The notes under the pieces are model-generated. The model saw nothing but the letters and a program-made list of their open reading frames with translations. It was not told the origin of the DNA and searched no databases. A stretch of DNA of 64,000 nt from Vicingaceae bacterium (GTDB taxonomy: Bacteria; Bacteroidota; Bacteroidia; Flavobacteriales_E; Vicingaceae). The DNA lies in assembly GCA_040220135.1 (NCBI GenBank), contig JAVJTT010000025.1, positions 106,146-170,145 of the forward strand, given 5' to 3'. The translations under genes were made by a program, and so were the position numbers. This document shows positions 1 through 9,500 of the stretch, piece after piece (position 1 is the stretch's first letter; every line of letters begins with the position of its first letter).

Positions 1-1176
1 GGGTCCTACAGAAGTGAAAAGGACCGGAATAAAGGCCGGGATTGCGGCAGCCAATACCCAATGAACAGAAGACCCAACGGCTTGTCCTTGCGCCCTACTT
101 TCGACTGGAAAGACTTCCGCAATGAAGACCCATATTACTGTACCCTGACCTACAGCGTGAGCCGCGATAAAAGCCATAGTCGACCAAACAACAATAATTC
201 CACTCCATTCCGCATAAAAGGCAATAGCGATAACAGTCAAAGACAAGATATACCCGATAGAACCTAAATGCATAAGTTTTTTCCGCCCCCACCGATCAAT
301 CAAGTACATGCCTAGTAAAGTGAATACTAAATTTACTACACCAATTCCAACACTGCCCAAAAAAGCAGCTGATGTAGCAAGTCCTGCTGTCTCAAAAATC
401 CGAGGAGCGTAATACAAAATGGCATTTATGCCTGAAAATTGATTAAAAAAGGCCAAGGCAATTACCCAAAATAATGCTCTTTTATTTCGGCGAAAAAATG
501 ACAAGGAAGGTTTTAATTCTTTGAGCGACTCTTTCTTTTCTTGCCAGTCTAATCCAATTCGGTCAGCAATTTCTACTGCCTGCTTTCTGCGGCCCTTCAT
601 GCCTAACCACTTGGGACTTTCATCAAGTTTCACTACCAAAATACAATAAAACAAAGCGGGTAAAGCTTCTACTGCAAGCATCCAACGCCAAGCCGCATCT
701 TCGATAAACTGCAAAGCATAATTCGAACTCATGGCCACTAAAATTCCCAACACAATGCTAAACTGATAAAGGGCAACTCGTCTTCCCCTTAATTCTGCTT
801 TAGAAATTTCGGTAATGTAGGCTGGTACCGCAATGGTTGAAACTCCTATGGCTATTCCGCCTACAAAACGAAAGAAAATAAATACATATGTGTGATTAGC
901 TAAAGCCGAACCGATGGCAGAGATGAAAAAGCACAATCCAATGAACAGCAAGGTCTTTTTTCTACCCCATTGATCGGTTGGATGGTTCCCAAATAAAGCG
1001 CCTAAAACTGTTCCCCATAAGGCAGAAGCCATGATTAGCCAGCCGTGGAAAAGATCTGAAGTGTTCCAAAGTTCTTGTAAGCGCTGATCAGCTCCTGAAA
1101 TAACAACCGTATCGAAACCAAAAAGCAATCCGGCTAAAGCCGCTGTAAGTGAATAGCTAAATGATTTTTTCATCAT
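1..1176 (-). CDS. MFS sugar porter (sugar:H+ symporter family); C-terminus lies beyond the window start
   Basis: Absent from the ORF track because there is no stop inside the window. My minus-strand translation from ATGATG at 1176 gives an open 392-codon frame: MMKKSFSYSLTAALAGLLFGFDTVVISGA...WGRKKTLL...PAYITEISKAELRGRRVALYQ...DESPKWL...GINAILYYAPRIF...DRWGRKKL. These are sugar-porter signature motifs. Confidence 0.85.
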   Translation of the reverse strand, partial: MMKKSFSYSLTAALAGLLFGFDTVVISGADQRLQELWNTSDLFHGWLIMASALWGTVLGALFGNHPTDQWGRKKTLLFIGLCFFISAIGSALANHTYVFIFFRFVGGIAIGVSTIAVPAYITEISKAELRGRRVALYQFSIVLGILVAMSSNYALQFIEDAAWRWMLAVEALPALFYCILVVKLDESPKWLGMKGRRKQAVEIADRIGLDWQEKKESLKELKPSLSFFRRNKRALFWVIALAFFNQFSGINAILYYAPRIFETAGLATSAAFLGSVGIGVVNLVFTLLGMYLIDRWGRKKLMHLGSIGYILSLTVIAIAFYAEWSGIIVVWSTMAFIAAHAVGQGTVIWVFIAEVFPVESRAQGQAVGSSVHWVLAAAIPAFIPVLFTSVGP

Positions 1177-1178
1177 AC

Positions 1179-2459
1179 CTACTGAGCAGAGTATAGTGCC
1201 ATAAGTTCTTGGTGAAACTGATTCAACTCTTCCTTTAGATTCATTATTGAGAAAGAAAGACGGATAGCATCCAAATCTGCTTCGTAAATGTATCGGCAAA
1301 CAAAGCCATTTTGCCGCAGTTTCTCTACCATTTCTTGGTTACCTCCACGGTCCAGTCGAAAAGTAAAAATTGAAGAAGCAAACTCTTCCTTTTGAGGACT
1401 CAATATGGTAATTGCCTCTTCTTTTTCCAACTTCTCACGAAAGGAGTTTCTTAACTCTTTGCCTCTTGCCTGAATCCGAGCAATTCCAATGTTTTTTATC
1501 ATCTCCAAAGAGGCAGCCATAGCAGCCACTTGAATAGAGTTTCTCGTACCATACTCCCAACGAGATGCTTCTTGTCTTAATTTCAAACTCTTCCCTTCTA
1601 GATCAAAATGTTGATCACTAAACGCTCCTGCATAACCGGCATTGCATTTCTCAATGATATTCTGGTTTACATAAAGCAATCCGGAACCGATAGGACCAAA
1701 CATCCACTTGTGCCCACTGGCCGCGTAAAAATCCGGCTTGATAGACTTTAAATCAAGGGGAAACATTCCCAAAGCTTGAGCTCCATCTACACAGCTCATA
1801 ATGTTCTTTTCGCGACAAAAAGCTACAATTTCTTCAGCTGGCAAAACCAAACCGGTGGTGCAGCAAACATGAGAAAAGGAAATCATTTTGGTTTTCTCTG
1901 ACACGCTTTCTTTCAACTGCTGCAATACCTTCTCGCCGGTTAAGTCGAGTTCCACTACCTTTACTTTAATGCCTTTTTCTTTAGCCAAGGCTAACCAAGG
2001 TGCTGAACCACCAATATGCTCTTGATCTGTCAGAATTACTTCATCTCCACTTTTTAATGGAGCTACATTTGCCACCATGTTCATCCCTTCTGTGGCATTG
2101 CGACAAAAACAAATTTCCGCTGTTTTTGCATTTAAAAATGCGGCAAACTTCTCTCTCGATTCCTCAATTAACCATCTACCATCCCTTCCATTTTCAGCCA
2201 AGCCAACACTCTGGCTTTGTATTTCTTTTACTGTCGGACTACTCGCGGGACCGAGACTTGCTACATTAAAGTAAACCTTCCTTTTAAAAAGCGGAAATTC
2301 TGCCCTTACCTTCCGCCACAATGAGTCTCCACTTAAAGCTGAAAAATCAACTTTAGCACTTTTACTTTGGCTAGCACCAAAAGCTGTAAAAGGACCAATG
2401 GTGCTCGCATAAATAGCAGCCAAAGCATTCTTTTTTATAAAATCTCTTCGATTACTCAT
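1179..2459 (-). CDS. Class V aminotransferase-fold PLP enzyme (cysteine desulfurase / epimerase-like) with twin-arginine signal
   Basis: ORF 1179..2465. ATG at 2459 gives MSNRRDFIKKNALAAIYAS (Tat-type RRxF[IL]K motif). PLP-lysine motif SGHKWMFGP. Confidence 0.8.
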   Translation of the reverse strand: MSNRRDFIKKNALAAIYASTIGPFTAFGASQSKSAKVDFSALSGDSLWRKVRAEFPLFKRKVYFNVASLGPASSPTVKEIQSQSVGLAENGRDGRWLIEESREKFAAFLNAKTAEICFCRNATEGMNMVANVAPLKSGDEVILTDQEHIGGSAPWLALAKEKGIKVKVVELDLTGEKVLQQLKESVSEKTKMISFSHVCCTTGLVLPAEEIVAFCREKNIMSCVDGAQALGMFPLDLKSIKPDFYAASGHKWMFGPIGSGLLYVNQNIIEKCNAGYAGAFSDQHFDLEGKSLKLRQEASRWEYGTRNSIQVAAMAASLEMIKNIGIARIQARGKELRNSFREKLEKEEAITILSPQKEEFASSIFTFRLDRGGNQEMVEKLRQNGFVCRYIYEADLDAIRLSFSIMNLKEELNQFHQELMALYSAQ

Positions 2460-2556
2460 AAACAAAACTTAAAGTACAGGCTTTTGAAGATTTCCGCAAT
2501 AACGAAGATAAAACTACAAAAATCAATTCCGAAGCAATGAAAAGTGCTAGATCACA

Positions 2557-4608
2557 CTAATAGTCGTCATCAACTTGGGTCGGCAAATTACCGATGACTT
2601 TAAATTCAGTTCGCCTGTTTTGTGCTCTTCCTTCGGGATTATCAGAACCATCAGACTTCTCATTCGGTGCAATGGGCTTGGTTTCCCCATACCCTTTGGC
2701 AATCAAACGACTAGAAGCAATTCCTTTTTCTGTTAAGAAATCAACTACCGCTTGAGCTCTTTTATCGGATAAGCTTTTATTGTAGGCTGCCGAGCCCTTG
2801 CTGTCAGTATGTGCCGCTACTTCAACTTTAATGCTTGGATTATCTCGGAGTATACCGAAAAGTGATTGGCTTAGCTTTTCTTTTGCTTCTGCAGTTAGCT
2901 CAGCACTGTTATAACCGTATTCAATTTCTTCCATCACAATGGACTCTTCAGACATGCGTTCGGTTTCAAAGTTGAGTTCAAACTCTTTATCCGAATTCAC
3001 ATTTTCAGTGCTAATCTCTTCAAAACGAGAAAAATAGCCATCTTTATTTAACTCCACTACATAGTCCATGCCCGGTTCTAAGTTAACTTCAAAGTCGCAA
3101 TCTTTCATTAATAGCTTGCGCGAAAGGTACTTTTCATCTTCTCCATTCTTGATGTATAGCTTTAACCAAGTGCTATCTAGACAGCCCTCTTTGGTTCGAG
3201 CCATTCCTTTCAACTTAATATCCAATAAGCGGGTGTAGTTAAACTCATAAATGTCATCGCAACAATAGTCGTTTAGGTTGGCCCCACCCTTTCGATTAGA
3301 AACAATAAAGCCTCCTTTCCTCTTGGGGTGCAAAGTAAAATCCAGATCATCAGCCGAAGAGTTCAGGTCTTTCCCCATGTGTTCCGGCTCTTCCCACTTG
3401 CTTTTCTCACCATTTGCACGATAAATATCCAAACCTCCTAAGCCCACTAGTCCATTTGAGCTAAAGTAAAGTCGATGCGTTTCTAAGTCGTAATATGGAG
3501 TAGCTTCTGTAGCAATGGTATTGATCTTGGAACCCGCATTTCTAGGACTTCTGAACTCTCTGCGTTTCCACCGATACTCAGTGTACCAAATGTCCATTTC
3601 TCCTTTTCCACCCGGTCTATCTGAAGCAAAGTAAATGATCTCTCGGTTTCGTTTTGACTCTCTTCCAATAGCAGGTTGTGTAGTAGTATAGTTGGGAAGA
3701 TTTACTTCCCCTTCAATTTTCTTAGCTGAAGTCCACCCTTTGTCTCTTTTGTCGGCATAATAAAGGTGACAAATCACTTTATGGGCTTCATTTCGCTTGC
3801 AAAGGGTAAAGTAAATTCGGCTTCCGTCTTGGCGCAAAACAGCATTTCCCACATCCATGTCCTCTCGATTAAAAGGCCCGGTCAATTCTCCTTTGGGAAT
3901 CCACGCTCCACCTTCTTTTACAGCCACGTAAAATTTTCTTCTTGGAAGGGTATTACTATCCAATTCTTGCCTATCGTATACTTCTAATTGGTCCTTTCGC
4001 AAAGAACCGTATATCAAGGTGTTCTCATCATAAGGAACTGGAGAAAATTCAATGTGCGCCTTGTTTAATTCACCATTTAAGTGCTTGACTACGGCTAGCT
4101 TCTCTTCCCCTTCAGCTTGCATGGCAAACTCACAACTCTCTAACCCAATATCAGTTAGCTTTCTGTACTTTCTATCGTCCAGGCCTCTTGCATAATCTTC
4201 AAAGGCTAAAAAGTTCTCTTTGGCCTCTTTGTATTTGCCTAAGGTCATTTGGACTTGAGCTAAATAGAAATAAGATTTAGGAAAAGAAGCAGGAGCCGCT
4301 TCAATTACTTCTTTGTATTTTTTCTCGGCCTTGGTAAAACTTTTACTTATCCTCAATAGGTTGGCTACTTGAAAGGCCACACCAATGTTTTTAGGTTCAC
4401 GCTTTAACCATTCTTCATAATAATTAAGCGCGATATAAGTATCGCCTATACGGACTGCGTTTCTGGCGGTTACCTTAACTTCTCGCTTCGATACGTTCTC
4501 TAAATTTGGCTGCTGTGCTTTTAGTGTTTTTGGAGTAACAAGAGTTACTGCTAAAAAGAAAAGCAAACTGCTAAGAAAAGATATGTGAATTGGTTTAGAA
4601 ACGATCAC
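2557..4608 (-). CDS. OmpA family protein (TPR + TolB/PD40-like beta-propeller region + C-terminal OmpA peptidoglycan-binding domain)
   Basis: 683-aa ORF with GTG start overlapping the upstream stop. Signal peptide present. C-terminus VEVAAHTDSKGSAAYNKSLSDKRAQAVVDFL...NRRTEF is the OmpA_C signature. Position after a PorP/SprF gene is typical. Confidence 0.85.
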   Translation of the reverse strand: MIVSKPIHISFLSSLLFFLAVTLVTPKTLKAQQPNLENVSKREVKVTARNAVRIGDTYIALNYYEEWLKREPKNIGVAFQVANLLRISKSFTKAEKKYKEVIEAAPASFPKSYFYLAQVQMTLGKYKEAKENFLAFEDYARGLDDRKYRKLTDIGLESCEFAMQAEGEEKLAVVKHLNGELNKAHIEFSPVPYDENTLIYGSLRKDQLEVYDRQELDSNTLPRRKFYVAVKEGGAWIPKGELTGPFNREDMDVGNAVLRQDGSRIYFTLCKRNEAHKVICHLYYADKRDKGWTSAKKIEGEVNLPNYTTTQPAIGRESKRNREIIYFASDRPGGKGEMDIWYTEYRWKRREFRSPRNAGSKINTIATEATPYYDLETHRLYFSSNGLVGLGGLDIYRANGEKSKWEEPEHMGKDLNSSADDLDFTLHPKRKGGFIVSNRKGGANLNDYCCDDIYEFNYTRLLDIKLKGMARTKEGCLDSTWLKLYIKNGEDEKYLSRKLLMKDCDFEVNLEPGMDYVVELNKDGYFSRFEEISTENVNSDKEFELNFETERMSEESIVMEEIEYGYNSAELTAEAKEKLSQSLFGILRDNPSIKVEVAAHTDSKGSAAYNKSLSDKRAQAVVDFLTEKGIASSRLIAKGYGETKPIAPNEKSDGSDNPEGRAQNRRTEFKVIGNLPTQVDDDY

Positions 4609-5608
4609 AAGGCAATGTCATTTTATTCGGTATAAATTCCGGAGCAGTATAGATCAAAGAAATCTCAAAGGTGCTTTTATTGCCTCCATAGCTGCTCAGC
4701 TCACTCACATTAAAGTCGTAGCTAATACCTACTTCAACATTCTTATAAGCTAAGCCGGCAAGCGGAATAACTGCATCGGCATTTCTGCCAAAGCCATCAC
4801 GGTATTGAATCCCGGCGAAAACATGTTGTAAATCTCCCATGTTCATCAATTGCTTTTCTATCTTTCCACCAATCATCATATCCTGAGCGGTTCGAGCTCT
4901 CATGTAAAGTAATTGGGGAGTTAGGCTTAGATCCGAAAGTAATTGAATTTCTGCTGCCGCATGAAGCACATAGCGCAAGGCTAAACGTGCTTCTGAGTCA
5001 TTAAAATAGCTGTCTTTGGGGTTGTTAACATGAAAAACCGCTAGCCCCCCCTTGGGTTTTATTTTACCGTAGTCCTTTGACCAAGCAAGCCCAAGGTTTA
5101 GATCAAAGAAGTTTTGTGATTCCGCCAAACCATCTTCCATATTGCTAAGGCTTTGATCGAACTCACCTTCTTGATAAACCCATTGGTTGGGAAATGTTTG
5201 TTTGCTAAAATCGGTGTTCTTTAAAGTAAAACCAAGTTGTATTCCCCCTCTAAGTTCATGTCCTCGATAAAACTTCTCGTAAGAAGAAGTCAAATGTATT
5301 TTATCGGTATTAAAGCCAAAATCTTGAAACTGATCTCGTAGCACTAAGATCCCGGCATTTATTTCGTCTCCTTTAAAGTAAATCTTCTGATCAAAGGCTG
5401 CAATAGAAGTGGTTAAAGGAGTGCTACTCAATTGGCCCCATTGACTGCGATGGTTCACCACCAAACGGTTTCTACCTTCATACATGCCACTTGTAGCGGG
5501 GTTTAAATTTTGCTGATTGGTGTAGTATTGCGATAAATGCACATCTTGCGAAAAGCCATAAAAGCAGCTCAAACAAAAGAAAAAGAAAGCAAAGAAGTTC
5601 TTTGTCAT
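4595..5608 (-). CDS. PorP/SprF family type IX secretion system membrane protein
   Basis: ATG at 5608 (TAATG overlap with the upstream stop). N-terminus MTKNFFAFFFFCLSCFYGFSQDVHLSQYYTNQQNLNPATSG matches the QD.HFSQY...NPA hallmark of the PorP/SprF family. About 337 aa. Confidence 0.8.
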   Translation of the reverse strand: MTKNFFAFFFFCLSCFYGFSQDVHLSQYYTNQQNLNPATSGMYEGRNRLVVNHRSQWGQLSSTPLTTSIAAFDQKIYFKGDEINAGILVLRDQFQDFGFNTDKIHLTSSYEKFYRGHELRGGIQLGFTLKNTDFSKQTFPNQWVYQEGEFDQSLSNMEDGLAESQNFFDLNLGLAWSKDYGKIKPKGGLAVFHVNNPKDSYFNDSEARLALRYVLHAAAEIQLLSDLSLTPQLLYMRARTAQDMMIGGKIEKQLMNMGDLQHVFAGIQYRDGFGRNADAVIPLAGLAYKNVEVGISYDFNVSELSSYGGNKSTFEISLIYTAPEFIPNKMTLPCDRF

Positions 5609-6381
5609 TACCAATTCGTTTGAGAAGAATTCAAATAAGTCTCGGCCATTTTTCGGTATTGTCCTACCGTAAACTCACATTGGCATTCATAATAAGACAT
5701 GATATTCCCTACATGCGCATTATAAAAATCATCGTTCGCATCTTTTTTTGTGGAAATGAATCTGCAGTCTTTTACATAACTTTCTTGAGGGTCACCAACC
5801 ACAAAGGGATCCGCCGGGGTGTCACAAATTTGATCGCCGGCGGTTTCACAATTACTTCCATCAGCTAGCTCTACTCCTGAGCCTTCAAAGGTATGTACCA
5901 ATCCAAAATAATGACCCAATTCATGCGAAATGGTATAATCACTTGGGCCCACACAACTTTTTAAAATGTTTACAAATCCTGAAGTTCCGATTCCACCGAC
6001 CGTGGCTTTACCACAAATGCCATCAACTTCTTCAATCCCTTCAATAAACATCATGTTTATGCGGTCCTTCAAGTCATTTTTAACTCTAATTTCAGGTCGT
6101 TCTTTATCTTCATGTAAAGAATCGTATTGATAGTTAGCTACGTAGTTAAAATCACAGATCTCAAAAGAAACACAAATGGGCTCGAAATGCTGGTTCAAGA
6201 AATCAATGTTATCTAAAATATCGGATTCCAATATATTGGCGTTGCCCGAGCTATCAAGGACAATGTGCGCTACTATGCTGAACTTTTTTTCAATGCAGGG
6301 TAAGGGAGCTTCATCTCTTTTTTGAGCCAAGGAAACAATGCTAATACTGACGACAAGCCCAAGAAGAAATAGAAATCGCAT
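5608..6381 (-). CDS. M43-type (pappalysin/cytophagalysin-like) zinc metalloprotease, secreted
   Basis: HELGHYFGLVHTF zincin motif and signal peptide MRFLFLLGLVVSISIVSLAQ. Probable ATG at 6381; the track start at 6399 is TTG. Confidence 0.75.
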   Translation of the reverse strand: MRFLFLLGLVVSISIVSLAQKRDEAPLPCIEKKFSIVAHIVLDSSGNANILESDILDNIDFLNQHFEPICVSFEICDFNYVANYQYDSLHEDKERPEIRVKNDLKDRINMMFIEGIEEVDGICGKATVGGIGTSGFVNILKSCVGPSDYTISHELGHYFGLVHTFEGSGVELADGSNCETAGDQICDTPADPFVVGDPQESYVKDCRFISTKKDANDDFYNAHVGNIMSYYECQCEFTVGQYRKMAETYLNSSQTNW

Positions 6382-6546
6382 AGGTTTTAAATGATTCAAT
6401 TAGCCGACTTTCAACACACGAAAGTACCATTAATTGAAATAAAAATAAGTGAAGACGTTTACAAAAAATGGTTTTTTTGAAAAGCTGAAATAATAGTACT
6501 TTAGTTGCTTGATTTTTTGATACCCAATCAGCTTGCTGAAAACCGC

Positions 6547-9500
6547 ATGAAACACTTATTCCTTACTCTTTTTAGCTGTCTTCTATTTAGTTCCTTCTTA
6601 TCGGCTCAAACGGCTGATTTTGAAGATGGTTGCGCTCCTTTAACCGTTAACTTCACTCCTCCTCCGGGTCTATCTTCCTACTTTTGGGACTTTAAAGACG
6701 GTACTACTTCCATTTTACAGTTTCCGTCGAATACCTTTATTAACCCCGGATCGTATGATGTTGAATTAAAACAAAGTGCCGGAGGACCAACCGTTGGCAC
6801 CATTACCATAGATGTCTTTACTAAACCTAGCATTCAAATCTCTGCAGATTTTCAAAAAGGATGTCGGCCTTTAAATGTTAACCTATCTGACGTTACCAAT
6901 CTAAGTCCTTCTGTTTCAGTGAATGCTTACAATTGGGTTTTCGGCGATGGTTCTACTGCTCAAGGCGAAATCATTAATAAGACTTTTAATCAGAGTGGTG
7001 ATTTTGATGTCACACTTGAACTAAAGACCAACCTTCCTTCTTGTGATATTACCAAGCAATTTGACGACTACATCAATGTTTCCAATCGTCCAAATGTTAG
7101 CTATATCACCAATCCAAGTAACGCCTCTGCTTGTTCGGCTCCTTTAACCGTTAGCTTCACCAACAATTCCTCTTCAACACACCCATTGAGCTACCAATGG
7201 AGCATGGGAAATGGCAGCAGTTTTAACACTACCAACCCACCGGATCAAACATACAGTACGGAAGGTGATTTTCCAGTTAAGTTAATTGCTATAGACACCA
7301 ATAACTGCGCTGATTCAAACATTCGAATAGTTTCTATTGGCTCTCCAAAAATAAACTTGGATGTGCCAGATACTTTTTGTTTGAACGCCCCAGATACCAT
7401 ATTCAATAGGTCTTCTAGTGGCAGTGTTTTTTGGGACTTTGGTGCTGACCATACTGTAGAAGGATATCATAACTTTAGAAATCCAATAATAAAATACAGC
7501 ACTCCAGGTACTAAAACCATTACTTTTAATGTGGCAGTGGGTGCCTGTGTTGCCGACACCACTTTTACGGTTTTTGTAGCAGATGCCAGTGCCGACTTTG
7601 CTTCCTCTCCCACTTTTGCCTGTTCTTTGCCTTATACCGTCAGTTTTACGCCATCTGCTAGCAACGGAACATTCAATTGGATTTTTGGCGATAGCAGTAT
7701 GTCCTCTCAACAGAACCCATCAGTTACTTATCCTATCATTGACGAATCACCTTATGTAATTCACAAGACTGAAGAGTTCGAAACTACTCTCATTTATACT
7801 GCAACAAATGGTTGCCAAGACACCATTAGAAAAAAAGACACCCTTTATCGCCCAACAGCTTTAATGATGCCAGATCGGGTGAAAGGATGTGTACCCTTAA
7901 CAGTGACTTTTTCAGACTCTAGCTTTTACTATCCAACTGATACCCTTGAACAATGGGAGTGGATCTTTGGAGATGGAAATTCTACCGTAAAGATGGACTC
8001 TACTGACGTTACGCATACTTACAGTATGACGGGAAAATACTGGGCCTATTTAGTGGTTACCAATGAAACCGGATGTGTAGATACTTCCTATCGCACCCAA
8101 ATAAGGGTTGGCGATGTAATGAGTCCTGATTTCACGGTAGACTTGAGTAATGTTTGTGTGGGTGACAGCGTGCAGTTTAATGACATTACCCCTGCTCCAT
8201 TAGGCGACAGTATAGATACTTGGAACTTCAATACGGAGAGCAACCGAATGTTTAGTTGCTTTCAAAGCTCTTCACCCAAGTGGGCCTATGACCGAGAAAG
8301 TGGTGGCCAAGATGTGACCATGACAGTTGGTTTCAATGGCTGCTACTCGAGCGTTAATAAAAGCAATCTAGTCAATGTAAGTGGTCCCGTGGCATTTATC
8401 AATTTTAAAACATTTTGCGACGACCCCTTAAGTGTACAGTTTTACGACAGCAGTCTAAATGCAACTTCTGTACTTTGGGACTTTGGAGACGGCACTACCT
8501 CCACAGCTACCGATCCATTTCATACTTATGCTAGTACAGGCGATTATACCGTAAGCCTACAAGCCGAAAACCCCGGCTCTAATTGTCCGGTAAACATCCA
8601 AACCACTGAAATAAACATTCGCGATATAAAAGCCGACTTTTCCGTTATTCCCGAAGCTTGTTATGGAGTTGAACACCAATTTGATGCTTCAGCTTCTGTA
8701 GATGTGTATGAGAATTGCTATCGTGGTTATAATTGGACTTTTGAAGATAGTACTATGCGTCCAATTACTACATCTTCCCCAATTATAAGGCCAAGGTTCT
8801 TTAATAATGGTTTTCAAGAAATCACTCTGGTTACCACAGATATAAACGGCTGTTTGGATACAGCATCCAAAGTCATTGAAGTATTTCAGCCACTTGCTGA
8901 TTTTAGCATTGACGACAATACCGTTTGTGCTCCTACCACGGTTAACTTTTCTGACTTATCGACTGCCGACACCACCATTGTTGGGTGGGAGTATCGCATC
9001 AATGACAACGACACCTTGTTCACTCAAAACCCTTCTTATTTGTTTGACTCTTTCCAGCCTATCAATGAAGTGATGTTCATTGTAAAAGACAGTTTAGGTT
9101 GTCAGGATACTGCTTTCAAGAATGTTGACATGTACGAGCCGATAACCAACTATACTGTAAACGATAGAACGGTTTGCTTGGGCGACCAAACTGATTTTAC
9201 CGCAACTGACTTTACCACTCAGGGTTCAAACCTAAATTTTAGATGGGTGTTTGGCAATGGAGACACTTCCTTTCTGCAAAACCCCTCTTTAGTTTATGGA
9301 ACATCCGGTAACTATACGGTTGAGCTTTTAATTGAAGAAGTAGCAACTGCTTGCACTAATCTGTATCAAGAGACAATTGATGTTGTAGAATACCCTGTGG
9401 CCGATTTTACCATTCCTAATTATACTTCGAAGTACTTATGTCAAGGAACAGTTCAGTTTAACAATACAAGTACTTCAGTACAACCACTGCAATACAGCTG

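Noticed and set aside
61-292. Track ORFs 61..267 (+) and 95..292 (-).
   Set aside because: Both lie inside the long open minus-strand frame of the MFS transporter (1..1176) in other frames or on the other strand. Their sequences are not protein-like.
7315-9073. ORFs 7315..7710 (-) and 8876..9073 (+) inside the PKD gene.
   Set aside because: They are alternative-frame or antisense ORFs fully contained in a 4.4-kb gene with clear repeat-domain coding signal.
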